NCBI GenBank assembly: GCA_002269645.1
Contig: NIVC01003637.1
Span: forward strand, 1-64,000
DNA length: 64,000 nucleotides
Origin: Macrostomum lignano
Taxonomy: Eukaryota
Direction of reading: 5' to 3'
Part shown: positions 12,795-26,107 of the stretch, in pieces
Layout: each line of letters starts with the position of its first letter
How positions within the stretch are numbered: position 1 is the first letter of the stretch
Position numbers and translations under genes: made by a program
The notes under the pieces: model-generated
Seen by the model: only the letters and a program-made list of their open reading frames with translations
What the model was told of the DNA's origin: nothing
Databases searched by the model: none

Positions 12795-15700
12795 ACTACG
12801 TAGGACGCAGATTGTGGTTGATTTTTAGGCAGATTTGACGCAAAAAACGCAAATTATACTACTATCTGAAAATGAAGTAAGTAGTATACAAAAACGCTAT
12901 CCTAAGCGTGATGTGGTAATATGTAATTGTAATAATCCATGTGCTCATATTAATTCCATGTACATTAATCCCTATCTATCTCAAATTGGATATGTACATT
13001 AATTCCATGTACATTAATCCCTATCCCAAATTGTCTATCCCCAATTCTATATGTACACTCACATTAATCTACAGTGTCATCCCCAGACGGCCAGCGCGCA
13101 CCAAAATTACAACTCGAAACCCTACTACATGTACAATCTCATCCAAATGAGTCAACTAATTGTGTAGCCTACAACGTAAATGTATATTTCCAATGTACAT
13201 TTCTCAGACATTTGAATAATACGGGTCGGAGTCTATATGTACATCGATAGCCTCTATACTCATATCCGCTACATACCCCAAAAATTAGGTATGTACATTT
13301 TCACCCTCGGAGACTGTAGGTTTGAATATGCTGATAATTTATTCAAAATCACTTATAAAATACACATACTTTCATATAGAGGCGGGCCTGTACAAACTCT
13401 CGCCAAGCGATGGGGTGGGGGTTGCGTCATCCAAGCCTCTCCCCAAGTCAGACCCCAAATGCAGGACTGTGTTGAAGCAGTGCTTTATATTTCTATATTG
13501 ACAGTGTGGATGATACAAGACCTTTAATTGGTAATTATCAACTGCTACTGCTTTACGGTATATCCTCACCCCTCGAAGCCCCTATGTTGCATGTTGAATC
13601 ACCCTTTATCTCCGGCCATATTCAAAATTCAACCCCAACCCTGTTCGAAAACAGCCACCCCTCCGATGTTTACCAGACACAGCGCAGACCCCATAACAAA
13701 TCGAATAGAGCCACTCGCCCCTGTTTTCTCTGTCCCCCTTCTAAATGCCAAGGAATTTCGACCCTCTCTCCATTTTCAGTGTACAGACAGATCTTTCCAC
13801 AGCACAGACCATATATTAAACTTCAAAACCCCTCTCTTCTCCGATTACGTCATCCATGCCGCCCCAGTTAGCAAGATACCAACTTTTAATGCACACATCA
13901 ACCCCACGAATCTGAGCAAATCCGAGTCAACCTCTACCTGCATTGACAAACCCCAGCTGCATTTGTAAATGTACACAGCCTATGAATCAGTGTCTCCTCC
14001 GCATACAATTCCGAGACTGAATTCTATGTATGTTCAAATAAATACTTTGACACTATAACCCATGCGGTATACTAGAAGTAGTGAAGTCCACCCGCCCAAA
14101 AACGTGCTGCTATGCCAATTCTATCGCCTCCCCTACCTTCTCACTTCAAGCTTTCAGACTTGGTCTTTGAGACGGTCGGTTTAATCTGTTAGAAGCAGGA
14201 ATGAATCATGCACTGACCTCTCCATACAAAGTAAAGTTGGAATTTCAGACAAAAAATTTGGTTATTTTAAAAGCTAAATGACTAGAAATGCACATTTTTT
14301 CATTAAAATGCAGCTTTTTACAGTTTTTTTACGATTTTAACCTTAAAATGCAGACTTTGTTGATCAAAATCAGTAGTTTCATCACTAGAAACCATACTTT
14401 CAGCAACTAATTTGTCCAAATATCGCTTTCAACTTGACCTTAGACAGCTTTTAAGCAGGAATGAACCCCCACGAACATACACAAGCTAGCCCAAAATCAT
14501 CCAAAGACGGCTGTTGAAGACTAAATTGCTAGAAATGAGCATTTTTTCATAAGAAAACACAAATTTTCACAGTTTTTACGCATTTTTTCGTTAAAATGCA
14601 GACTTTATTGATCAAAATCAGTAATTCATCACTAAAAACCACAATTTTAACACAAAATTATCACAAATGCTACTTCTGGAACTCTGAGACAGCTTTGAGC
14701 AGGAATTATAATCGCACACGGATTACCCGAGCCCGTCCAATATTCCACTGAAGCCAGGGTTTTTTAAAGCTGAATTGTTAGAATTGCTCATTCTTTCGTT
14801 TAATAAATGACAATTTTCACAGTTTTTTTATTTTCTAACGTTAAAATGCGAAATGTATTGGTCAAACTTAGTAGTTTCATCCCAAAAGCCATAATTTCAA
14901 ACGCTAATTTGTCCAAATGCTGATTTCAAAATTGACAAGAGACAGCTTTCGAGCAGGAATGAGTCACACACTGATCTCCATATGCGCACCCCGGCCCAAG
15001 TTGGAATTCCACCCAAGACATTTTCATTGAAAGCTAAATTACTAGAAATTGCACATTTTCGTTTTAAAAAGGTCAATTTTCACAGTTTTTACTCTTTTTA
15101 ACGTTAAAATGCTGACTTTATTGAACAAAATTAATCACTTCATCAGCAGAAACCATAATTTTTACAACTTAATGCTGTTTCATCATTCAAATGTATGTAT
15201 TTGGTACGTGTAATACCCCTCAAGAAGTCAGGGAAGGGATTATTCTTGAATATTGGGTTAAAACGTACAGTTTGCTATAAACCTAGCTATAATAATTTTA
15301 ACATATACAGTCGGCGAAGCGGCCCGTTGATTTCGATTGACATTTAAACTGTCCCTCCCAGACCTCTCTCTCTCTCCTTCTGCACCCACCGAGAAAAGTG
15401 ACTCATGCGGCAATCAGCTGGACAGGTTTTATTACTGAATTGGCAAAACAGCCAACACCCAATGGTCATATTAGACTCGTCTTCACAGCACAGACCCATG
15501 TAGAACAGAACCACTCGTCCCTGTCTCTCTGACCTTACCATTTCTAACTGTCAAGGAATTCCGACCCTCCCTCTCCAATTTCAGTGTACAAACAGATATT
15601 TTCACAGCACAGACTCATATATTGAGCCTCCTCCAACCAAAACCCTATCTTGATTACGTCATCCACCCCCCATAGAAGCAGTTAGCAAGAAACAAAATTT

Positions 15701-18700
15701 TTCGATGCACATATGAACACTGTGGACCATGCAAAATCGCACATCTACGGGTCGATTTTGATTGACAATTTAATACCTTTTGTTGATGCTGCTGTGTACA
15801 GTAGTCTTATTTCCGAAGCTCCTAGCAGTCATCTTTTAGATGTGGTGAATCAGTGTTGTTTTTGCCAACTTTACATCTTGATTCATCCTCCAAATTCTTC
15901 AACTCTGACCATATTCAATAATTTAACCCATGCAAGTAGATTTGCCAATTCGCCAAATTAGCCAATACGAATGGGGCCAGAGGACCCACCCAAATCGAGC
16001 CCTTGTCTCTCTCAGGCCTCTCTCTCCTACACATACCCCAGAAAAGTGACTCATGAGGCAATCAGTTTAACAGGTTCAGTATACTGAATTGGCAAAACAG
16101 CAAACACCCAATGGTCAATGGACTCGTCTTCGCAGCACAGACCATTTTGAATAAAGCCAAAACACACATACACCCCTATTCTCTGACCAAACCTTTCCAT
16201 TTCTAGTTGTCAACGAAATTCGACCGGCCTCTCTCTCAATCCCAATGTACATTTTGACGAAGCAAGCAGATCTTTTCACAGCACGGACCCAGCCTCCCCC
16301 AACCAAAGCCCTATCTCTGATTACGTCATCTATACATCCCCATAGAAGCAGTTAGCAAGAAAAAAATTTCGATGCGCATATATGAACAATGCGAACCAAG
16401 CAAATCCGCGCGTCTACCAAAGCCAACCCTACCCTGCGTGTTGTAATTGCATTTGTCAATGTACACACCCTATGAATCAGTGTCTCCTTCTTTGGAACAC
16501 ACGAAGGCATTAGTCAGAAAGTTTGGATGCAATTAAAAACTCTCTCGATGCTTTGCGTATAAACGAGTAATCGATTGAATCAATTGTACACTTGACACAT
16601 TTAATTACGTGCTGCCATGCAACGGAAAGACAGGATAATGGGGTGGGTGGTCACGCAGCCTCATTCTCTCTTTCCTACTGATTTTTCATTATCTATCAAT
16701 CTCAGCTCTTTCCGGGGCAACTCGCGCATTTGTGCATAGTTCCTCATCAGATTTACCACATGTTCATTTACTTGTGATGTACATATGCAAGCGGCAGCCG
16801 ATTTAAACCTGAGAAATGGTTGAAGCACTCCCCCGACTATGACTAAATGCACGTACGTTCAGTCAAATACAGGAAAATTTGACACCCGTAGTATGAAGAT
16901 GAAATCTTCACGAAAGCTTCACATGTTTATCTTTCTCTGGGGAAATGACGTGGGTGCAGAAGGAGAGAGAGAGAGGTCTGGGAGGGACAGTTTAAATGTC
17001 AATCGAAATCAACGGGCCGCTTCGCCGACTGTATATGTTAAAATTATTATAGCTAGGTTTATAGCAAACTGTACGTTTTAACCCAATATTCAAGAATAAT
17101 CCCTTCCCTGACTTCTTGAGGGGTATTACACGTACCAAATACATACATTTGAATGATGAAACAGCATTAAGTTGTAAAAATTATGGTTTCTGCTGATGAA
17201 GTGATTAATTTTGTTCAATAAAGTCAGCATTTTAACGTTAAAAAGAGTAAAAACTGTGAAAATTGACCTTTTTAAAACGAAAATGTGCAATTTCTAGTAA
17301 TTTAGCTTTCAATGAAAATGTCTTGGGTGGAATTCCAACTTGGGCCGGGGTGCGCATATGGAGATCAGTGTGTGACTCATTCCTGCTCGAAAGCTGTCTC
17401 TTGTCAATTTTGAAATCAGCATTTGGACAAATTAGCGTTTGAAATTATGGCTTTTGGGATGAAACTACTAAGTTTGACCAATACATTTCGCATTTTAACG
17501 TTAGAAAATAAAAAAACTGTGAAAATTGTCATTTATTAAACGAAAGAATGAGCAATTCTAACAATTCAGCTTTAAAAAACCCTGGCTTCAGTGGAATATT
17601 GGACGGGCTCGGGTAATCCGTGTGCGATTATAATTCCTGCTCAAAGCTGTCTCAGAGTTCCAGAAGTAGCATTTGTGATAATTTTGTGTTAAAATTGTGG
17701 TTTTTAGTGATGAATTACTGATTTTGATCAATAAAGTCTGCATTTTAACGAAAAAATGCGTAAAAACTGTGAAAATTTGTGTTTTCTTATGAAAAAATGC
17801 TCATTTCTAGCAATTTAGTCTTCAACAGCCGTCTTTGGATGATTTTGGGCTAGCTTGTGTATGTTCGTGGGGGGTTCATTCCTGCTTAAAAGCTGTCTAA
17901 GGTCAAGTTGAAAGCGATATTTGGACAAATTAGTTGCTGAAAGTATGGTTTCTAGTGATGAAACTACTGATTTTGATCAACAAAGTCTGCATTTTAAGGT
18001 TAAAATCGTAAAAAAACTGTAAAAAGCTGCATTTTAATGAAAAAATGTGCATTTCTAGTCATTTAGCTTTTAAAATAACCAAATTTTTTGTCTGAAATTC
18101 CAACTTTACTTTGTATGGAGAGGTCAGTGCATGATTCATTCCTGCTTCTAACAGATTAAACCGACCGTCTCAAAGACCAAGTCTGAAAGCTTGAAGTGAG
18201 AAGGTAGGGGAGGCGATAGAATTGGCATAGCAGCACGTTTTTGGGCGGGTGGACTTCACTACTTCTAGTATACCGCATGGGTTATAGTGTCAAAGTATTT
18301 ATTTGAACATACATAGAATTCAGTCTCGGAATTGTATGCGGAGGAGACACTGATTCATAGGCTGTGTACATTTACAAATGCAGCTGGGGTTTGTCAATGC
18401 AGGTAGAGGTTGACTCGGATTTGCTCAGATTCGTGGGGTTGATGTGTGCATTAAAAGTTGGTATCTTGCTAACTGGGGCGGCATGGATGACGTAATCGGA
18501 GAAGAGAGGGGTTTTGAAGTTTAATATATGGTCTGTGCTGTGGAAAGATCTGTCTGTACACTGAAAATGGAGAGAGGGTCGAAATTCCTTGGCATTTAGA
18601 AGGGGGACAGAGAAAACAGGGGCGAGTGGCTCTATTCGATTTGTTATGGGGTCTGCGCTGTGTCTGGTAAACATCGGAGGGGTGGCTGTTTTCGAACAGG

Positions 18701-19545
18701 GTTGGGGTTGAATTTTGAATATGGCCGGAGATAAAGGGTGATTCAACATGCAACATAGGGGCTTCGAGGGGTGAGGATATACCGTAAAGCAGTAGCAGTT
18801 GATAATTACCAATTAAAGGTCTTGTATCATCCACACTGTCAATATAGAAATATAAAGCACTGCTTCAACACAGTCCTGCATTTGGGGTCTGACTTGGGGA
18901 GAGGCTTGGATGACGCAACCCCCACCCCATCGCTTGGCGAGAGTTTGTACAGGCCCGCCTCTATATGAAAGTATGTGTATTTTATAAGTGATTTTGAATA
19001 AATTATCAGCATATTCAAACCTACAGTCTCCGAGGGTGAAAATGTACATACCTAATTTTTGGGGTATGTAGCGGATATGAGTATAGAGGCTATCGATGTA
19101 CATATAGACTCCGACCCGTATTATTCAAATGTCTGAGAAATGTACATTGGAAATATACATTTACGTTGTAGGCTACACAATTAGTTGACTCATTTGGATG
19201 AGATTGTACATGTAGTAGGGTTTCGAGTTGTAATTTTGGTGCGCGCTGGCCGTCTGGGGATGACACTGTAGACTAATGTGAGTGTACATATAGAATTGGG
19301 GATAGACAATTTGGGATAGGGATTAATGTACATGGAATTAATGTACATATCCAATTTGAGATAGATAGGGATTAATGTACATGGAATTAATATGAGCACA
19401 TGGATTATTACAATTACATATTACCACATCACGCTTAGGATAGCGTTTTTGTATACTACTTACTTCATTTTCAGATAGTAGTATAATTTGCGTTTTTTGC
19501 GTCAAATCTGCCTAAAAATCAACCACAATCTGCGTCCTACGTAGT
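12795..19545. mobile_element. Non-autonomous foldback-type element: inverted arms 12795-15389 and 16950-19545, 1.56-kb spacer, 6-bp TSD CAAGAC
   Basis: Termini ACTACGTAGG...CCTACGTAGT; ORFs at 12941-13968 are mirrored at 18372-19399; one substitution and one 1-bp C/G-run indel seen between arms; CAAGAC at 12789-12794 and 19546-19551. Confidence 0.9.
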
Positions 19546-20393
19546 CAAGACCAAGACAAGCAGATCTTGTCGTGTCATTCTTAGCAGATCTTCTCAATCT
19601 GCTCGGTTTTTGCAGGATCTTCTAAGAAGGGAGATAAATTTGTTTTGTTATTCATTTTGCTGAAGTGTTCTAGCTGAATTATATTTTATGACACTATGGG
19701 ACAATAAATTTAAGAAAATACTATACATGTATGCAATTCAAAGCTATAATAAAATAAATAAAAGTTAAGATATTGTACCATATGTAGCATGTCCCCCAGA
19801 TCTGGTAAGTTTACCCAAGTATTATAATAGCAAAGATCTTGCATGTTCTTGCAAGTACTTGCGCAGTAATCCAAGAAGATTTAGATAAGATCTGTTAAGA
19901 ATCAACAAGTCAGGGAAGTTCATTGTTGTTTCAAAGAGATGAGCAAAAATCGAAAAACTTTATTGAACTTCGCAGGAAAAATATTGTAAGCAAAGTTATT
20001 ATTCCTTTGGTAATGTGCACGTATTCATGCAAATTGCAAATGTAACAGCAACACGTACACAGCTATACTTTGCAGATATAAATTAGCAGCAGATAGTTGT
20101 GCTTTTAATCTAAAAGTAAATCTTATATTTGCGACTTGATAAATTGAAATATTTTAATAGATTTTTTGCATCGCAAAGAATACATCTAATCTTACCATAC
20201 TCATTGGCTACAATCTACTTTGTTGAATCTTGTGCAGACGCAAAGCAATTTTTAATTTTAGAAGTATTGAACACTTTATTTAAAGCCAATTTGTGTCAAT
20301 TAAATTTAGTTAACTTAGTCATCAGTGAAAGCGTCATTAATTTCTGCCTCTCCATTTTGGTTTACTTCCTGAGAAAGCATTTATTTTGTGATT

Positions 20394-23300
20394 ATGGATC
20401 GAATCAAAGGATACTGGAACACAATTCTTTCCGAATTATCAAGTCCGCTAAATCTTGCCCTCGTTGGTATTTGTGCTTTTCTGACCTATAAGATTTTCTT
20501 TGGTCGCTCAAAACCAGAGCTTCCACCGCCCAAGTCAAATCGTTTGCCTAAGATGAAGAAACGTGACTTTACTCGACAAGAGCTTGCGCGTTATAACGGT
20601 GTTGACAATGATGAAAAGCGGATTTTGATTGCCATTCGAGGGACAGTCTTTGATGTGAGCAATCGAGGCCGCGATTTCTATGGCCCTGGTAAGTTTATAC
20701 TTTATATTAAGGAGTAAGGAATATACTTAATACTTATTCTAATACTCAAACCAATGCTAAGACTTATGCTCAGAGGTGAACTGTAATCTATCATAGCTAG
20801 TAACAGCTGTTCTGTAGAATTAGTTTCAGAGGGTAAGAACTTTGCCCCAGAACAGCTTGTTGGCTTAACAGTGCAATTTTAATATTCCAAGCATTGCCAT
20901 TATGATTAGGTCTAGTACACACTGAAATAAATTTTTAGAAGTTAGGCCTAATTTAGAGGCTATCTATAATGGCAGTGCTTATCCCCACGGTACCGTAGGA
21001 ATAATTTCTGTCTTATTCCAACGGTACCGTGGGGATAATTTTCTGCTTATCCGCACGGCACATTGACGAGATAGCTGCCCCATCTTCTACATATGCCGTG
21101 GGAATAATTTTCTGCTTATCCGCACGGGTGAATTGTTGAAGCAATGCAATAATCTATACAAACAAATTGAGAATTTACATGTCTAGTAAGAAGTCTACAG
21201 AAGCAGCGGCAATGGACTTTTCGGGGATGTCGGGATTAGACTAGTTGCTAAAAGTTCTTAAATTGTAAACAATTACTAGAGCAATTCATCTTAAATCATA
21301 CGTCATAAATACAAAAAAGTGTTTTTTTGCGTAAAAAGGCCATTAAATCTTTACTTCTATCAAAATAATAGCCAAGCAAAGTTATGTTGTTATATTGCAC
21401 TCAAACCGTAAGTACTAAACTAAATTATGAACCCACGGCATATGTAGAAGATAGGCAGCTATCTCGTCAGTGTGCCGTGCGGATAAGCAGAAAATTATCC
21501 CCACGGTACCGTTGGAATAAGACAGAAATTATTCCTACGGTACCGTGGGGATAAGCACTGCCATCTATAATATAGATATGCATTATTTCTAACCATGATT
21601 GACTATAAAAAGTATATTACAACTAATAAATTTAAATTTTTATTAAATTAGGCCTAACAAATAGGCAGTGCTTATTTCCATGGTACCATATATAAGAATA
21701 ATTTTTGTCTTATTCCTAAAGTACCATGGGAATGATTTTCTGCTTATTTGCATAGTAGTGTAACGATGTTGATATTTATATTTTAAAAAATAATAATTTA
21801 GTATTATTAATGTCTCTTTAGTATTTTATTAATTTATTTACTATTCATTAGCAAATCTTAAAGTTATTCAATATTTACACTTAAAATTTGTTTTACTGTA
21901 TCCTTCATAGAAATAAGAGTATTACATTATTTTAAAGATGGTTATATCGCGTTTTTGCACTCTAGGCTTCCTCTCTTGCTCTGGTCTCGTTTCGTGCATG
22001 TTTTTGGTTGGTCCGCCACGTGGTGCCTGTTACTATAGCTTACTACCAATAATTAAACGTCAATAGTTTAAATCCTGCCTGTTCAAATTATTAATACAAC
22101 AAAATAAAATCAGTCAAAGTTCAACATAGGACTATTCAACTCAATTCGGCCACAAGACTCTGACTCTCCTACTACGAAGACTCAGTTTACTATTGATCGT
22201 GCAGCTGTCAGCAACTTTAGCCGTTAAGCACCGAACAAAGAGGGGTCGCGTCACATTAGCTGTCCTATTTGCTTTACGTATACCATTGCCATAGAAATAA
22301 TTTCTATCTTATCTGCATAGCACACTGACAAGATAGTTATCTTATATTCCCATAGATACTATAAGGAATAATGTAAATTTAAATTAAATAATTAAATTAA
22401 ATAATTAATTAAATAATAAGTAATTTAATATTTTTAAACTCATCTTTTTATGCCATTAACTATAAAACATAGATAAAATTAATATTAGTAGACTGACTTA
22501 ATTAATCTATTTGCATGAAAAAATAAATTTTTATATTGAAGATATGGAGCTTTTAGCTTCTTAAAGAATTCAAATTTAGGCAAGTTTTTCCTATTTTCAT
22601 TAGTGATAGAGTTTCTAGCAAAATCAGAGTCAATTTGAATAAAACTATAGTAATGTATGTGTGTGCAACTTATCTTTGATCTACTTTAATTTACATGAAT
22701 CAGATCAGCTGGCATTTGCACATACATATTACAGAAATACATTTCTCATTTTGCACTTTTCCAAAATGTTTGACTGTAATTTTAGTGTCACCTTATACAG
22801 TAGTCACAGTGCAAAATAAAAGCTTTCTAAATTATCTTAAAAGAATTTTTGTAGTTAATATGCATGTTTAGGCACCTATTTTACTGCAGTTTCCATAGTA
22901 TTCCATGGCCATATCATAAGTATTAAAAACAATTTTTTAATGACTATTATTTAATTATCCAATATGAATTCTATAGTTTCTGCACTAGTTCACACTGCAC
23001 AGAGTAAGAAGATGGTTATTAAAATATTTTTTAACTTCAGGTGGTCCCTACGAGGACCTGGCTGGCCGCGATGCCTCTCGGGCCCTGGCCACCTTCTCCC
23101 TGAACAAGGACGCCTTCAAGGATGAGGTGGACGATCTAAGCGACTTGGACAGCTTTCAAGTTGAGAGCCTGGACAACTGGGAGCAGCAGTTCAAAGGTAG
23201 GGTGGCTTGAGTTAAGCACTAGATTTGCATACACACCCAGCGTCCAGCTGATACCATCCCATTATTGATCCATAAACTTTTATAACATTTCTTTTCAGAA

Positions 23301-23402
23301 AAGTACGACACTGTAGGCAAACTGCTCAAGCCGGGCGAGCAGCCAACTGAATATCCGGACTCTGATGGTGACGGAGCTGAAGGTCACGCTAAAAAAAATT
23401 AA
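20394..23402 (+). CDS. PGRMC: Membrane-associated progesterone receptor component (MAPR/PGRMC family, cytochrome b5-like heme/steroid-binding); exons 20394-20688, 23041-23196, 23299-23402
   Basis: N-terminal TM helix; KKRDFTRQELARYNG...ILIAIRGTVFDVSNRGRDFYGP|GGPYEDLAGRDASRALATFSL...DNWEQQFK|EKYDTVGKLLKPGEQPTEY; GT-AG introns, both phase 1, join in frame. Confidence 0.93.
20971..21562. mobile_element. Mutator-like MITE in PGRMC intron 1 (~130-bp TIRs, 9-bp TSD)
   Basis: GGCAGTGCTTATCCCCACGGTACCG... at both ends in inverted orientation; ATCTATAAT at 20962-20970 and 21563-21571. Confidence 0.85.
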
Positions 23403-23873
23403 ATTGCTTTGGATTTTCAACTTAATCTATTTATTTTGACTGCAAACTACTTTTGCACCGTTGCTTATTTAAGTAGTATGTGTTGATTTTTTAAGACGCA
23501 AGTTTGTTAATTTTTTTATAGAAACTGTCATTCACTCTATTTAGTAAGTATTTTAGTATATAAGATTTTTGTCTGCAAAAAATAATTAAAAAATATACTA
23601 GCTGTTCGGTAGAAGCTGCTGATTTTTATTGCCTTGAGTAGATCATTAAAACCTGAAAAATTTGTGTCATTTACTCGAACTTTGTTTAGCAGCCTCCTTG
23701 GGAGCAGCAATCCTTGGTCCCTCACTCTACCAAGGCATCGGGGGAAAAAATTAAAGTTCACATTTAAAATAACTTGCATGCTTATAAGATACTTTGTTAG
23801 TTTTGTACCAATAAAGATGTTTAAAAAATAAAGGCATTACCATTAGCATCGGGCTTTCCAGCATCCATATCCT

Positions 23874-24837
23874 TGAGCATGGAATCTCAGCAACTCCCCA
23901 TTGAGCCATGGCATCTCAGCAACTCCCCATTGAGCCATGGCATCTCAGCAACTCCCCATTGAGCCATGGCATCTCAGCAACTCCCCATTGAGCCATGGCA
24001 TCTCAGCAACTCCCCATTGAGCCATGGCATCTCAGCAACTCCCCATTGAGCCATGGCATCTCAGCAACTCCCCATTGAGCCATGGCATCTCAGCAACTCC
24101 CCATTGAGCCATGGCATCTCAGCAACTCCCCTTAAGCCTTGTCATCTCAGCAACTCCCCTTAAGCCTTGTCATCTCAGCAACTCCCCCTTGAGCCATGGC
24201 ATCTCAGCAACTCCCCATTGAGCCATGGCATCTCAGCAACTCCCTATTGAGCCATGGCATCTCAGCAACTCCCCATTGAGCCATGGCATCTCAGCAACTC
24301 CCCATTGAGCCATGGCATCTCAGCAACTCCCCATTGAGCCATGGCATCTCAGCAACTCCCCATTGAGCCATGGCATCTCAGCAACTCCCCATTGAGCCAT
24401 GGCATCTCAGCAACCCCCTATTGAGCCATGGCATCTCAGCAACTCCCCATTGAGCCATGGCATCTCAGCAACTCTCCATTGAGCCATGGCATCTCAGCAA
24501 CTCCCCATTGAGCCATGGCATCTCAGCAACTCCCCTTAAGCCTTGTCATCTCAGCAACTCCCCTTAAGCCTTGTCATCTCAGCAACTCCCCCTTGAGCCA
24601 TGGCATCTCAGCAACTCCCCCATTGAGCCATGGCATCTCAGCAACTCCCCCATTGAGCCAAGGCATCTCAGAAACTCCCCATTGAGCCATGGCATCTCAG
24701 CAACTCCCCCATTGAGCCATGGCATCTCAGCAACTCCCCATTGAGCCATGGCATCTCAGCAACTCCCCCATTGAGCCATGGCATCTCAGCAACTCCCCCA
24801 TTGAGCCATGGCATCTCAGCAACTCCCCCATGGCATC
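23874..24837 (+). repeat. 29-30 bp minisatellite (CATGGCATCTCAGCAACTCCCCATTGAGC)n
   Basis: About 30 or more tandem units; the same family occurs inverted at 41877-43609. Confidence 0.95.
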
Positions 24838-25313
24838 CCAGCTTTGAGTAAAAACCACTTCCTTTATGTAAATATACACGTACATATACATGTCGATGCT
24901 GCAGAAACTCATGTGTGTAGTTCTACGAGTATTTACTAGAATCTCTTGTACTGCCAAGCCCTTGACGTTCAGCTCCAAAACTTCCCGTGAGAAAGCAGCA
25001 GACCTGAGATCTGTGAGCCGCTTCTCACTGCTGCCACTACTGAGGGCTCTGCGGCCTCACTTTGGCGGCCTCAGCAACTCGGCTGCTGTCACGATCGCAG
25101 CTCCACAGTGAAACGTGACTCGGACAGCCACATCGGACCTGCAACTGCAGCAGAACCTCAGCTGAAGCCGCGCCACTCAATCTGGCGAGATCCCACGCCC
25201 TCCACGCATTCCAGCAGCAGCTCGGGTGGATAAATGCCGACTCGAAATGTCTGCTCAAATTTGCAACTCAAAGTGGCCGCTCCAATCAGCGACTCCCATT
25301 GGCGACTCAGCAA

Positions 25314-26107
25314 ATGCAGCACCGCCAGCTACTCGCTGCCTGCCTCGCCGCAGCCACTGCAGCTCTGCTGCTCACCGGCGCCTCTGCTCAGTGTCCCGGA
25401 CACGGCTCTGCACCTGACAGAGGTGTCACCCCACCTGTGGACGCCTCGTGGCTGCGTTCGATTTCAGGAGGGGCCTGCACAACCTGGTGGACCCGCGCGC
25501 CTTTGCCATCGAGGACCAGTTTGGCGTGGAGAGGTCGGCAGAGGACGGGGCCTGCTTCAAGGTGAATTCAAGTGCCAGATACAGGGAGTTCTACAATGTC
25601 GGAGCTCCCATGGCATTCAATGAGTCGATCTGGAACTCAGCAGAGTGAACCATGTACTTCAGGCTGACTCGGAGCAGCGGCAGCTGGGTTCGTTTTCTGT
25701 CGGTTCCGAGCGACCATTTGCGCCCGGATGGGGTGCTAAACGTTTATGCTGTCATTGATCAATATTCTGGAAACAGGTTTAGATTTTATGTTGGGCAACA
25801 TGACCTTCGAAGCCGGCATTATAACGAGCACCACTTCTACGGATCGGGCTGTGCTGGCAGCTGGTGCGACATTCGGCTGGCAATGAAGAATCACATTTTG
25901 GATTCTCCTGCCATCGGATGGCCGCTGAGTTCTGATTATCAGAAGTTTACTGATTTTGTTAATGAACTGGGACTGCAGCAGCTGCAGATTGGAAATCTTT
26001 ATCCATCTTCTGGTTCCCAGCGGCTCTGCGTGAGGTGCTTCGGGGTCGCCCGCAGGCAGCTGAGCGCCCATGAGGTGCGGCAGGCGATGTCGGCTTTCTG
26101 CCCCTGA
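25314..26107 (+). pseudogene. Lectin-family paralog A: signal peptide joined directly to the C-terminal LamG-like domain (both CTL domains absent); one frameshift (~25445) and an in-frame TGA (25646-25648)
   Basis: MQHRQLLAACLAAATAALLLTGASAQCPGHG, then AAFDFRRGLHNL...WCDIRLA...RCFGVARRQLSAHEVRQAMSAFCP, homologous to 39729-41402. Confidence 0.8.

Noticed and set aside
12794-12799. CACTAC start suggesting a CACTA/CMC element
   Set aside because: The right end is GTAGTC, not GTAGTG; the C at 12794 belongs to the 6-bp CAAGAC duplication
12941-13968. ORFs in the foldback arms (and mirror copies 18372-19399) as a transposase or gene
   Set aside because: No recognisable motifs; the duplicates are explained by the inverted repeat
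23874-24837. CRISPR-like array of ~29-bp repeats (also the other 20-32 bp arrays)
   Set aside because: Units are head-to-tail with no unique spacers, there are no cas genes, and the context is eukaryotic
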